From the NCBI RefSeq assembly GCF_018977255.1, contig NW_024704742.1:10666001-10730000 (forward strand): DNA of 64,000 nucleotides. Reading direction: 5' to 3'. Each line of letters starts with the position of its first letter. Positions within the stretch are counted from its first letter, which is position 1. The DNA comes from Callorhinchus milii. Taxonomy: Eukaryota. Position numbers and translations under genes: made by a program. Below the pieces are notes generated by a model. It made no database searches, was not told the origin of the DNA, and worked only from the letters and a program-made list of their open reading frames with translations. Shown one piece after another: positions 49,421 through 62,555 of this stretch.

Positions 49421-50924
49421 TGTACCAGTATCAGTAATCATCTAATTGGAGGCATGTGCCTAGATATTCATTCAGTCCTTCATTCTAATTGCAGTAACCT
49501 AACAGCCATCTATGACCAACTGAAAGAAAGCCAAACCTTTCATTAAACAATCAAGAATAATGTGAGTAATAAATAATAGTAAAAATAATAATAAAATAAT
49601 AAATAAACTTCAACGTTTTCACCAAAGTGTTTTCACCATCTATTTACTCAGGATTAGCACAAAAAGAACCACCCAAGTGTCATTCATTGGTGGGACATCA
49701 TGTTATTACTGTTAGTCACTAAAACAATAAAATGCCTCTGATGTTTTTTTTATTTGAAAACCCTAAGATTTTTGCCCACCAAATATACAGTCAAATCACT
49801 TTACATATTCAGTGAAGCGCTTTGAGACGTCTCGAAGAAGTGATAAAGCACTATATCAAATGCAAGGATTATTATTATTCCTACGGGTGAAGGGAGTAGG
49901 GGATTAGGATGGGGTATATCGAGAAGTAGTGGTTTGGTGGTATCAAACTTGGAAATGAAAAATAATAATAATCCTTGCATTTGATATAGTGCTTTTCACG
50001 TCTTTCTTCTCAATGTCTCAAAAAATCTGTGGATTGTAGAAAGGAGAGGATGGTGAGAACTCATTGAAGAATGTTCACTACTTAAGCAGTTTCAAGATTT
50101 CAGCCTCAATTTAATTAAACATTGTCAAATGTTTTCGTCTTTTATCCAAGTACTAATCCAGGCCGAGAGATATCATTGAAATTGGTTGATTGCTGTGTGT
50201 TTGTGCTTGGTATGGAGAGAGCTGGCAGATGAACAATACCAACTGATACAAAGTCTCACAGTAATAGTCTTTTGGAAGCTATTCCATTGATTCTAGGTAC
50301 ACTGGGTAGCATTCAGATAACCGGTGTCCTGGCCAACAATCTCCCAAATAAAATTGGTCACTCACTGCATTGGCTGTGTGTGGGACATTGTTGTGTGCAT
50401 ATTGGCTATCAAGTTCACTCACAAAACACACACAGTTGCACCACTTTACATTATATCCTGCGAAGTGTTTTGAGATGCCTTGCCAATGTGATAAGGTGCT
50501 ATAATCAAATGCAAGTATTATTATGATTATAGCAAACTCAAGCACAATATTCAGGGGATTCCAGCTGTTTGATATATTTTGCTAGATCATGTCCTCAGTT
50601 AGAAGCACCAAAGAAATAGACTGGGGTAATATGAAGTAGGTTTTCAGCATTGCAAAGCTGAGTATTGTCAGTAAAATTCTTATCTTGATCCTCCAGTCAT
50701 CACTAAGACAGGATTTTCACCAACACCTACGTCTTAATAGGCTTTAAGTTCCCACTGATCTTCACACTGAGGAGATATCAGTTATTCTAAGACCTGAGGC
50801 TATCAATTTTGTTCATATTACTATGGCCATTGCTCTTTTGATATTTCCTGTGTTATGCCTTTCAAGTTCCAATAACGCTGCTTTACAGATTCTTTCTCCT
50901 CACAGCATTCTCAATGGTTTTGAA

Positions 50925-51500
50925 TCAACAACAACAAATGACATTTGTGTAGCTCCTTTCATGTCAGAAGGACATTCTAAGGCACTGGACAGTCACGGAT
51001 CCCCACCCGATCAGTTTGGGATCAGGAGGGGTGGAGGGTAGGGAGGGCAGGGGTAGAAGGGTGACTGAAGACACATTCAAAGAGGTGGGTCTTGAGACGG
51101 GTCTTGAAGGAGGCAAGGGAGTCCTGTAGCTCAGTGGTTAGAGCACTCGCTTTGCAAGCGAGTGACCTGAGTTCAATTCCAGTCAGGGCGAAACCTTGGG
51201 CAAGTTTCCTTACTCCACACAGAGCCTAATAATAATCCCTCCAAAAACCAAAAACAATAATAAATTGGTCATTTTCAATCTACGACTGTTTGTGGGACAT
51301 TGCTGTGCGCAATTGGCTGCTGCATTCGCCCACAAATATAGTCAATTCACTTTACAGTGTGTTCTGTGAAGCGCTTTGGGACGTCCTCCCGACGTGAAAA
51401 GCGCTATATCAAATGCAAGGATTATTATTAAGGGAGAGGGTGAAGCGGAGGGACTCTGGGTTGGGGTTCCAGAGGGTGGGGGCAGAGCGGCTGAAGGGTG
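50925..51500 (-). mobile_element. L2 3' fragment interrupted by SINE A
   Basis: L2 sequence is contiguous once 51122-51436 is removed. Confidence 0.85.
51118..51430 (+). mobile_element. SINE A short subfamily with a 7-bp target-site duplication
   Basis: aagggag at 51115-51121 and at 51430-51436. Confidence 0.93.
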
Positions 51501-51509
51501 AAGTTTAAT

Positions 51510-53160
51510 ACTCCAAGACCCTCATACACGCATTTATAACATCCAGGCTCGACTATGCTAACTCCCTGCATGTCAGCCTTCCCAACTCTTCCCTCCAAAA
51601 GCTGCAGATCATCCAGAGCTCTGCAGTTCATGTACTCTCCTTCACCAGGCTCCGTGACCCCATCAACCACTGGCTCCCCATCCCTCAGAGGATCGAGCTC
51701 AAAATTCTCATCCTCACCTTTAAGTCCTCCATGGCCTTGCCCCTCCTACCTCTCCAACCTGCTGACCGCTTATCAACGTGTCCGCTCCCTCTGCTCAGCA
51801 GGCCCGCCCCACCATTGGTGATCAGGCCTTCAGCCTCTCTGCCCCCACTCTCCAGAACTCCATCCCACATTCTCTTTGCCTCGCTTACTCCCTTGCCTCC
51901 TTCAAGGTACGTCTCAAGACCCTCCTCTTTGACTGTACTTTTGGCCACCTTTCCATCAGCTCTGCCCTCCACACTCTCTGATCCAACACCTCACCGCTTG
52001 GGTCCAAATCCCTGACTGTCCAGCGCCTTGGGACTTCCTCCCAACATGAAAGGCGCTTTCCAAATGCAATTTTGCATTGTATTGTATTGTAGTTTAGCTT
52101 TTGAAAGGAAGCATTGCATTTGCCATCCTCTAAACTCTTGAGAGTGCTTCCTGTTTTTAAAGAAATCCAAATATTGCTTCCTTGATTTGGTTTTAATTCA
52201 TTCAAAACTCATTCAGAACTCTGCCCCTGCATACTTACCCAGGCCGAACTCTGTGCCCACATCTCATCAGTTCTGGTTAGGCTCCACTGGCTCCCCATCA
52301 CCGAACGGATCGACTTCAAGATCCTCACATTTGTTTTCAAATCCCTTCACTCTCTGGCACCTCCCCACCTCTCCAACCTCCTCACTCCTCAATCCATCAC
52401 CCAGTGCCTCCGCTCGACTGGCACCAGCCTCCTGCTCATACCCTCATAATCTCCGCCCCAGCATCGGAGGTCGTACTTGCAGCCACTACGCCCCGAAACT
52501 CTTGAACAGTCTCCCTCAATCCCTCCACTTTGCCCCCTCTCTCCCCTTTTTCAGGTCCTGCCTGAAAACGATTCCTCTTCAACTGTGCTTACGGCCACCT
52601 CTCCCCCACCACCCCCGGCTTGGAGTCAGGATCCATCATTGTTAAGTGCTCTGAGTTGCTACCCTGCGTGGAGGGTGCTATATAAGTGCATGCTCCAGTT
52701 GTTTTAAACCTTCCTCTGCACTATGAGATTAAATCCATCTGTTGTAGTCAGTAGTTGAGGTATGATACAAAGGAATGTGGTGCGCACTCGCACATTGGAG
52801 AGATGCACCCGGCTTATCTAATTCTAGAGAGTATTAGGATTCTTAGAGGAGACAAGGGAGGGGCGAGTCAAAGGGAATGTGGGATGGAGCTTCATAGAGT
52901 GAGGGCAGAGACGCTGAATGCCTGACCGCCAACGGTGGGGTGGGTTGGGCAAGGGAAATAGAGCAGGTCGGTCCTGCTGATTGGAGGGAGTGGACAGTGC
53001 AATATGGAGTTAGCAGGTCACAGAGGTAGGGAGGAGCAAACTCTGAATAATCTGCAGCTGGTGGAGCTAAGAGTTAGGAAGTCTGATAAGCAGGGAGTTA
53101 ATACAATCGAGCCTGGATGTGATGAATGCATGGACGAGGGTCTCAGTGGCCTGAGGTTTC
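51510..53160. mobile_element. L2 fragments (+ 51510-52090; + 52205-52705; - 52845-53160)
   Basis: SRLDYANSL, RPTIG..AFS and FKVRLKTLLFD motifs plus L2 tails. Confidence 0.85.
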
Positions 53161-53259
53161 ACTTCTGCATGATCGAGCAACAATACATCTATGTACATGA
53201 AGTGAATGGTTTAATTAAACTTTGTGTTATTTTACCATTGAGCTTATGAAAAGCATAAT

Positions 53260-53505
53260 CTTCCTGGAGAGATCCACCCTACCTATATAATCTTGAAGTG
53301 CATTAGGTACAGGTTAGCAAGAGCCAAAGACTTGGGGACACCAGAATGTGTGTTGGGTTACTGATGGACTTTAATCAGCTAAAGCCACATTGCTTGCTAT
53401 TGAAAAGCACTGTCTGGCAAACTTTCCAGCTGCTTGTCCAGTTAGGAACATTCTAGGGCTTTAGCTTGCAGGGCTAACATCAGTTGAGTGGAAAGAATCC
53501 CTGGC
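53260..53505. repeat. Family U copy (a further short piece lies at ~52770-52840)
   Basis: caggttagcaagagccaaag...ctgtctggcaaactttcc.gctgcttgtccag...tagggctttagcttgcagggctaac. Confidence 0.8.
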
Positions 53506-53539
53506 GTCCTTTTGGATACCTCACACAATTATTTTCCAT

Positions 53540-54146
53540 TGATAATAATAATGATAATAATCCTTGCATTTGATATAACGCCTTACCACATCTTCGAGAC
53601 GACTCAAAGCGCTTCACAGAACAACAACAACAACAAAATTACATTTATAGAGCGCCTTTCATGTCGGGAGGACGTTCCAAAGCGCTGAACAGTCAGCTGT
53701 CGGGGCCCGAGCATGGGGGAGGGGTGATGTAGGGGTGAAGGAAGGCAGAGAGGTGTGAGGGAGACCAAAGGCACAATCGAAGAGAAGGGTCTTGAGACCG
53801 GCCTTGAAGGAGGCAAGGGAGGAAGCGAGGTGAAGGGACCGTGGGATGGAGTTCCAGAGTGTGGGGGCAGAGAGGCTGAAAGCCCGGCCAACGATGGTAT
53901 TGCGGGTCAGGCGGGAGACATGGAGCAGGCTGGAGCCCGATGATAAAGTGAATTGACTGTATTTTGGGAGCGGAACATGGCAGCCAATTGCGCACAACAG
54001 TGCCTCACAAACCATCATGGATTGAGTGACCAATTTATTATTTTTTTTGCAAGAAATTATTACCCCTGGAAAAGCAATCTGTGATTGACTAACAACCAGG
54101 TTATTACTTACTGCTTGGTAAACAGAGGTGTGTGGAGTAAGGAAAT
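53540..54146 (-). mobile_element. SINE A split by an L2 3' fragment (53621-53940)
   Basis: SINE ...gcttcacaga | (CAA)n L2 ... | taaagtgaattgactg resumes. Confidence 0.9.
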
Positions 54147-54306
54147 ACATTTAGTGTATATTTTGTGAATGGTTTAATTATAACTTTCAATATTTTGCTA
54201 TGAAGAAACCTTGCTAACAAATACTGAAAACTTTATGTGTAAGTTGACAGGAACCCAGCCTTAGGAGCTTTCTTACCAATTTGTCACACAGAGCTTATTT
54301 GAATAC

Positions 54307-55072
54307 AATAATAATAATAATCTTTGCATTTGATATTGCACTTTATCACGTCTTAAACTCATGTCAAAGTGCTTCACAGGTATACTGTAAAGTGCAATGA
54401 CTGTGTACTTTGTGGGTAAAACGAGGCAGCCAATTGCGCACAGCAGTGTCCTGCAAACAGTCATAGATTGAGTGGCCAAATTATTATCCTTTTTTAAAAA
54501 AATGTTTTTGAAGAATATTATTAACCTCAGAAAATGATCCGCCAATCGACTGACAACCGGGTTCCTATTTACTTTTAGGTAAACAGAAGAAAAATACCTG
54601 AAGCAGCATACTGATGTTGTTGCTAATATAATAATCCTTGCATTTGATTTAGCGCCTTATCACATCTTCAAGACATCTCAAAGCACTTCACAGAATATAC
54701 TGTAGAGAGAATTGTCTGTATATTTTGTGGGCAAAACTTTTTGTAAAGAATTATTACTCCTGGAAAAGCGATCCGCCAATCGACTAACAACTAAGTTCTT
54801 ATTTACTACTAGGTTAAACAGAGGCGTGTGGATAAGGAAACTTGCCCAACATTTCGCCCTGCTGGGAATCAAATCAAGCCTCTTGCTTGCGAAGCGAGTG
54901 CTCGAACAACTGAGCTACAGGACTCCACTAATATGTTATTTTAATCATTTTATAATAATTTTGCCCACAAAATATACAGTCAATTCACTTGAAAGTATAT
55001 TTTGTGAAGCGTTTTGAGACATCTCGAAGACATGATAAGGAGCTATATCAAATGCCAGGTTTATTATTATTA
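54307..55072. mobile_element. SINE A cluster (- 54307-54587; - 54628-54926; + 54960-55072)
   Basis: Family bodies and tails; head at ~54850-54926. Confidence 0.85.
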
Positions 55073-55364
55073 TAATTGTATATTTCCTTCATTAACTCAC
55101 TGGTCCCTTAATGCAACTTTGTTTGTTTCTGCTAGTTTGTCTCCAGAGTCAATCCTGCTTTGGAAACAACAATTATTGTAAAATGGTTGATTTTCCCAGC
55201 TCCAGAAAATACTACTTCTACAGTAATAATCTTTACATTTGTTGTGACTCCTAGAACATCAAAACCTCTTAAAGCACTTCACAGGTGATGACTGTAAAAT
55301 GAAGTGAATTTATAGAGAAAAGAGGCAACAATAACAGGAACCTATTATTCCTGGCAGCCTCCCC

Positions 55365-56420
55365 AATCACCCCAGTCCTTGCCAGACTGCACTGGCTGCC
55401 TATCCCAGAGAGGTTTGATTTCAAGATCCTCACCCTTATATTCAATTCCCTGCACTCCTCTGCACCCCCCTACCTCTCTAACCTCCACTCTCTCCTCAAA
55501 ACAGAACCCGTTGCCTTTGTTCCTCCGGGTCTGGCCTTCTCCTCATCCCCCGAGTCCTCCGCTCCACCCTTGGCGGCCGTGCCTTCAGCCACTATGCCCT
55601 GAGGCTCTGGAACTGTTTTCCTCACTCCCTTCATCTCGCTCCCTCCCTCCCCATTTTCAGGTCTATGCTGAAGACCTTTCTTTTCGACCGCACCTTTGGT
55701 CAACTTCCTCCCCCTCCCCCTGGCTCGGTCCCGGGATCCGTTACTGTAAAGCGCTCTGAGATGCTGTCCGGCATGGAGGGCGCTATATAAATCCAAGTTG
55801 TTGTTGTTGTTGTTGTGTCCTCTCTCGCAACAAGCTCCCTGACCCTATCAGCCCCATCCTTGCCCGACTCCACTAGCTTCCCATCACACGGAGGATACAG
55901 TTCAAAATCTTCATCCTTGCCTTCAAAGTCCTCCACAGCCTTGCTTCTTCCTACCTCTGCAACCTGCTAATCTCATATGTACCTGTCCGCTTCCTCCACT
56001 CAGCAGGCTTCGTTCTGCTCCACGTCCCCTGTCTGGCCCACCCCACCATCGACAGTCAGGGCCTTCAGCCTCTCTGCCCACAGCCTTTGGATTCCTTCTC
56101 ACAGTCCCTTCGTCTTGCTCCCTCCCTTGCTTTCTTCAAGACACGGCCCAAGACCTCCCGCCTCGACCCTGCGTTCGGTCACGCTCCTACCCCTACTCTC
56201 CCTTCCCTCTACCCCTTTTGACCTTCCATCCCCTTGGGACATCCACCTGACATAAAAGGCACTGCACAAATGTTATTTGTTGTTGTTGTTCACGAGACAG
56301 GATCTCATTTAATGTCTCAACCGAAGAACAGCACTCCGACAATGCAACACACCTCCAGCACTACACTGGAGTGTCAGAGTGTCAGCCTAGACTATGTGAA
56401 TTCATATCCCGAAGTGGGGT
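55365..56420. mobile_element. Two tandem L2 3' fragments (+ 55365-55815; + 55816-56290) and a Deu-SINE B piece (- 56290-56420)
   Basis: LHWLPI..RFDFKIL remnant; two different L2 tail types; reverse B body. Confidence 0.8.
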
Positions 56421-57129
56421 ATAGAAATGGTTTAAGAGAGCAAAATAGCTCCATTGTTAATTATGGCTATTTCTTCTTTTGAAACAACCTTTCGTTGTTT
56501 CATTTCTCATGAACTGGAATTAATGTGTGTTTTCAGTCAGGCAATTTGTTTTCTGTGTGTGGCTGAAGATGAAGGAGGCATTAGTTTCAAAGTAAATTAA
56601 ATATTAACTTTTGAATGGAATAACCATCAGAAATCTGACAGATATGAGTTGCAATTTCCATCCATTTACCCAATGTGACAATAAATTGTTCTTGCATCAG
56701 CGTCTGGGTTTTAACTGCAGAAAATACCGTTCAAAATCAAGGCCTGGCTTCAAGTAGCATTTGGTGCTGCATTTTCACATAAAAATGCCAGTCTGTTTGG
56801 GAAAATTCAGATTCTGCTTGTCAAGTTTTCAGAGAAGTGGACTCATATCCCACAGGCTCAATATGAGAGTTGAGCCAGAGGGAACACCCACTGCCTACGT
56901 GTTACAGAGACACAAATCAAAAAAAAACTACCATCGAGTGAAAAGCTATGAGGAGGAGGGGATAGATAGACAAAAGCACTCCCCGTGTATTTTGGAAAGA
57001 GGACTAAAGTCCTCAATCGATTCAAAAGGACTCGAGTGTTAAATGGGTAAATTATCTTTAATAATTCTTGCTTTGATACTGCATTGTCAATAACATTGTT
57101 GATGTTCATAAAATCAATCAATGGATTCA

Positions 57130-58780
57130 CACAGTAAGATGCCCTTCCAGTGAGATGACAACTTGTGGTATTTCACAGAGGTATTATCAGAACTTGAGGA
57201 AGAGAGAAAGGATAGGGTGAGGTAGATGACTGTAAACACGATCAATGAGGTAGGTTTTGAAAGAGGTTTTGAGGTGGAACTTAAAGGCAGAAAGAGAGAG
57301 AGCGAGACAGAATGGTAGAAGCAGGGAGATCCAGAGGTTGGGAGCACAGTTGCTGAAAATTCAGTCACAGATGGTGGTGTAGCGTGGTGGATACGCTTGG
57401 CGAGGATGGATGGGAGGGTGGGTGTGCATTGATGAGTATGTGGAGTTTGGTGCGGTTGAGGATGTGGGTGGTAGAGTTTTATATGAGCTGGAGTTTGTGG
57501 ATGTTGGAACAAGAGAGACAAGTCAAGGAGTAGGTTTGAAAAGTTGAGTCAGAAAGTAACAATGACTTGGACGAGGGTTTCGGCAGCATTTTGAGTGTGA
57601 TAATGATGGTGAGCATTAATAATACTAATAATTCTTGCATTTGATACCGCTCCTTATCATGTGCTCGAGACATCTCAAAATGCTTCACAGAATATACTGT
57701 AAAGTGAATTGACTGTATTTTGTGCGTGAATCGCGGCAGCCAATTGTGCACAGCAGTGTCCCACAAACAGTCGTGGATTGAGTGACCAAATTATTATTAC
57801 ATAATTTTTTTGAAGGTATTATTGAAAGTGATCTGCCAATTCACTAATACTCGGGTTCCTACTTACTGTTAGGTAAACAGAGGTATGTGGAGTAAGGAAA
57901 CATGCCCAACGTTTTGCACTGCCTGGGAATCTAACCCAGGTCTTTCACTTGTGAGACGAGTGCTCTGACCACTGAACTGCAGTACTCACAATGTGGTGAA
58001 AGTGAAAAAAAGCAGTATTAGTTTGGGACCAAATATGAGGAAAGAAGGAGAGCTGAGGATTGAGGCAAATATCAAGCTTGTGCACTGGTTTGGTAAGTTT
58101 GACAGCAAGACCAGCCAGGTTGAGGTCAGAGCTATAAGTGAGGAGCCTTTGGCAGGATCCGAGGAGATTGGCTTTAGTCTTATTAATGTTAATTTGCAAG
58201 AAATGGAGGCTCACCCTGCCCTTGATGTCTGACAGTCAAGGAAACAACCTCACTGGGCCTGGAATTGAGAGGGGAAGTGGAAAAGTAGATTTGGGCAACA
58301 TCTGGGTATATCGCTATGTCTGTGGATGAAGTTACCAAGAGGGAGCATATAGATAGTTATTAATAACCTTTGCAATTGATGTTGTAGCACCTTGCTGACC
58401 CATGGGGTATGGGGGAGAGTCTGCAATGGGGGGGTCTTATACGTCGGGAGGATGACTCAAAGCTCTTCACAAGATTCAAAGCGGCATAGAAGATGGGGAA
58501 GGCAACAGGAGAGGAGGAAAGAGGAGGGTAGCAGTGAAGGGAGTCACAGAGAAGGTCAAAGTAGAGCAGGGGATGGAGAGAAAAGGAAGAGGTAGATAGG
58601 CTCAGGTATGTGAGCTGCAGGTAAAGGGCAAGTGCATAGGATGATGAGTTTATGGCCAGGACACTGACAGAGAGGGGCTGAGGAGAGGTAGAGGCAGAGA
58701 AGGTGAGCACCCAAGCTGATGTTGGAGATCAGATATTCTTGTAAGATGGGGATTCCTAGTCAGGGTGAGCAGGCCTGATG
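57130..58780 (-). mobile_element. Older L2 fragments interrupted by SINE A (57620-57987, -)
   Basis: Antisense FLQININKTKA.LLGS...KPVHKLDICLNPQLSF; full reverse SINE A inside. Confidence 0.75.
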
Positions 58781-58807
58781 TTGGTAAAGGAAACTAAGGG
58801 GGTCTAC

Positions 58808-59530
58808 AGTTGTTGGGGGGTTGTGTGCGTGGGAGGGACTGTGTGGGGGATGGTTGTGGGGGGGAAGGCTGTGTGGGGGGTGCTGTGGGGAGAGCTGTAT
58901 GTGAGGAGGGCTTTGTGTGGGGGGCTGTGTGTGGGGGGGATGTGTTGGGGGGCTGTGTGTGGGTGCTGTGGGGCGGGGGGGGACGGCGTGTGCACGGGAG
59001 CTGTGTGTGGGGATGTGAGGGTGCCTGTGTGTGTAGAGGAATTTGTGTGTGCGGGTGGTGATACTGTGTATGTGGGTGGGGGTCTGTGTGTGTGTGTATG
59101 TTGCGAAGGCTGTGTGTATGGGGATGGGGTCTTTGTATGTGGGGGCGCTGTGGTGTGGGCTGGGGGGGCTATGGTGTGAGGGGCACTGTGATGGGTGGTG
59201 GGGCGTCTGTGGTGTGGTGGGGGGCTGTGGTGTGATAGGAGGGGGGCTGTGGTGTTGTGGGCACTCTGTGTGGCGGGTGACTGTGGTGTGGTGGGGGGGC
59301 TGTGGTGTGGGGGCCGCTGTGGTGTGGGGGTGCGCTGTGATGTGGGAGGTGCTGTGGTGTGGGGGAGCTGTGGTGTGGGGTGGCTGTGGTGTGGGGGGCA
59401 CTGTGGTGTGGGAGGTTGCTGTGTGGGGGGTTTGTGTGTTTGTGTGTGTGGTGGGGGGGACCATGTGTATGTGTGTGCGCGGCGGGGGGACCATGTGTGT
59501 GGGTGGGGGTGTCTGTGTGGTGTGGAAGCC
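58808..59530. repeat. G/T-rich degenerate minisatellite / low complexity
   Basis: Recurrent (g)gggctgtggtgtg and gtgtgt units with few A or C on the + strand. Confidence 0.95.
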
Positions 59531-59849
59531 ACTGGGTGAATGCCTGGAGAGAGAAAGTGAGCCGCTGGGAGAGCCATTGAGCAGTAAGATACATATTAAA
59601 GACATTTGATACAGAAATATACCCACTTCATTACTTCGCCACTTGTGGTACTGCCCCAGTGACTCCGAGCTCCACTGCTGTTGTGTGCTCTGAGATGCTG
59701 CCCTGTGTCAAGAGCTCTGTATGAATGCAAGTTGTTGCTGTTGTACTCATAAAACACTGTCTATTTGCTGAATCCATGAACATCTAATGTACATAGTAAT
59801 ATTTGCTTGGAGACCAGTAGCACAACTTGACCACATCAAATCATCATTC

Positions 59850-60582
59850 AACAACAACAACAAAAACAACAACAAGATTCCATTTATAGAGCGCCATTCA
59901 CGTCGGAAGGACGTCCCAAGGCGCTGTACAGTTGGGTCAGGACCCGAGCAAAGGGGAAATGGTCAGGGTGAGGGGAGAGAAGGGAGGGAGCGAGGAGGGG
60001 GTAGAGAGTCGAGAGGGGAGCTGAAGGCACGGTCAAAGAGAAAGGTCTTGAGACCGGCCTTGAAGGAGGAAAGGGAGGAGGCGGCGAAGGCACTGGGGGA
60101 TGGAGTTCCAGAGCCTCGGGGCTGAGAGGCTGAAGGCCCGGCCACCGATGGTAGGGCGGTTGGGGCGGGGGATGTGGAGCAGACCGGAGCCAGAGGAACG
60201 GAGGGTATGGGCAGGTAGGTAGGGGGATAGTAGGTCGGAGAGGTAGGAGGGAGCGAGACCGTGAATGGCCTTGTAGGTGAGGATGAGGATCTTGAATTCG
60301 ATCCTCTGGGGGATGGGGAGCCAGTGGAGGCGAGCGAGGGTGGGAGTGATGTGGTCCCGAAGCCTGGTGCGGGACAGTACACGAGCTGCAGAGTTCTGAA
60401 TGACCTGCAGCTTGTGGAGGGAGGGCCGGGAAGGCCGACGAGGAGAGAATTCCCATAGTCCAGCCTTGAGGTGACAAAGGCGTGAACCAGGGTTTCAGCA
60501 GCGTGAGGAGTGAGGTAGTACCGTAGTCTGGCGATGTTCCGGAGGTGATGGAAGGCGGTGCCAGTTGTGGCGCGGATGTGAG
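59850..60582 (-). mobile_element. Young 5'-truncated L2, near-identical to 23570-24440
   Basis: Long exact shared stretches including the 3' UTR; single 3' UTR unit. Confidence 0.96.
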
Positions 60583-61030
60583 GAAGTGACAACAACAAAA
60601 GTTGCATTTATATGGTGGCTTTCACGCGGAGTAGAATCCTGGAGCGCTTCAAACAGTCATTGGGGGAGTATCGATTTTTCCCATGGGCACAGACACATAC
60701 ACAGCAAGAGCTGTAAACCCAGGTATGAAATAAGAATTCCGCCTGCAGGAATTGTAGCAATTCTATTACCAAAGGTACACTACCGTAATGACAAACCTGA
60801 AAATGGGTTCTCAAAATACATCCTTAAAAATGAATAGCTTTCTGCAATGTACTTTTGGGGGCATTAATGTTTAATTGAGTTGCTAATTCTATAAGATGAT
60901 AGAAACCTTAATCGTGAATGCATCACCTGAAATCATTTGTGATACTACCCATAAACACACACACACAAAATAAACAACGGGCTGTGTTCAAATCAACAGC
61001 TTTTTGGCTTGCTCTCCAGTGAATGTGTCT

Positions 61031-61457
61031 GCCTGGCTCAGTTGGGTACACTCTTGCCTCTGAGTTAGAAAACCGTGGGCACAAGACACCAAAGCTCACA
61101 GTCTCATTTAACATTCCAATACAGTACTGGGGGAGTGCTGCCTTGTCAGAGGTGCTGTTGTTCAGACGAGACGTTTAAGTAAGGTCCTATCTACCTGTTC
61201 TGGTGGATGCTAAATATCCCTTGGCGCTATTCATAAAAGAGAAGGGAGTTTCTCCTGATGTCCTGACCAACAATTCCCCTGAACAGATTGGTCATTCACT
61301 TCATAACTGTTTGTGGGAGATTCAAACAATTTGGCTGCTCTATTTGCCTACAAATATATAGTTAGTACACTTCATGGTAAATCATGTGAAGCCCTTTGAG
61401 ATATTTCAATGATGATATGATGTGATAAGATCCTACATGAAATGCAAGAATTATTAT
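61031..61457 (+). mobile_element. Full-length Deu-SINE B
   Basis: gcctggctcagttggg head, Deu-like body, tail aaatgcaagaattatt. Confidence 0.82.
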
Positions 61458-62179
61458 AAATCAATGTCCTGCATCACCTCCCAATTCCTCTGACATTTCC
61501 ATTTCCTTGCAGATTTTCAAAAAAGTCAATTAATTCAATTGAAATTAAGATTGTCTTTTGTTCGATGCTCCTGGTAATGGTTCCATTCCAAATGGAAATT
61601 GCACCTTTCACTACCATACCTGAGGTCACTTGAGTTTCAATCAAATCGAGACAAACTGATGGAATGACATTTTCATCTCTTGCTTGTAAGCAATTTCAAT
61701 CCAGTTTGGAGTGGGCGCAAGACCACAGCGTGAAAGCTGCCCACAAAGGAGAGTGAATTGGCACAGAGAGGGCATAAGATTGCTCGTGGAGGAAATGGAG
61801 ACATTCTCCCTGGTGCAGAATAAAGCCCTTTTCTGAGATTAAAGTTAACATATATTTGTTGACTGAATGTATGTGACATTCATTGCTGATGTGAAGTGTA
61901 GCAACATTTCCTCTCAAAATAACACATTGCCCCCGAAATGTGAGCACATATTAGTTCAACTTGTGATAGACTTACTGCTTCTACTAAATGTAATTTAGAG
62001 CAGAAAGAGCTTTGTTTCACATCTCACCAGTGCTCTGCCTAACCTGAAAGTGCCTGATGCTGGTAACAGGTGTTGAAACTCAACACTTGGGCTTGTAAGA
62101 ACAAGGGCAGTGTTCAGTCCTGTTCAGCATCACCATTCATTTCTGATTAACTGGCACATTAATTCATCCTCAGAAGAGA

Positions 62180-62460
62180 GAACTCAGAATAGATTTGATA
62201 AAGGTTTCTAAGACACCTAATAGGAGAGAAAGTAAACGTGGATCAATGCTTTCGATATCGGTTCAGAATGATGAAGGGCACATTCAGAGAGTGTTCCTTC
62301 AAACAGCAGGAATGATTTACCTGCAAAGGGAGTAGAGGTCATTACCTAGACTCATTCAAGAGATGTATCAATGCTTAAGTATGAAAATAGTAGGGTTGGT
62401 ATTCTAGAAGGATGAGATCAATTGGGCAGAAGAGCCTTTCTTCAGCTGAACTTGTCTTGT
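62180..62460 (+). mobile_element. Old CR1 3' fragment
   Basis: gatttgataaaggtttctaag...ggaatgatttacctgc...tcattcaagaga...tgggcagaagagcctttc. Confidence 0.55.
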
Positions 62461-62555
62461 GGTAAATAATAATAATAATAATCCTTGCATTTAATATCAT
62501 GCCTTATCACTTTGTTGAAACCTCCTGACGAACTTCCCAAGATTTACTATTGTAC

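Noticed and set aside
58760..59626. Long Pro/His/Thr-rich and Gly/Val/Cys-rich ORFs (up to 288 aa)
   Set aside because: Products of a low-complexity G/T tract that lacks stop codons in several frames
59850..60582. Segmental duplication of the 23570-24440 region
   Set aside because: Similarity stops at the L2 boundaries; flanks and 5' truncation points differ, consistent with separate insertions
61700..61835. ELAQRGHK (UGT-like) and RRVNWHREGIRLLVEE (Myb/SANT-like) peptides in overlapping frames
   Set aside because: Short motifs bounded by stop codons with no further homology; probably chance
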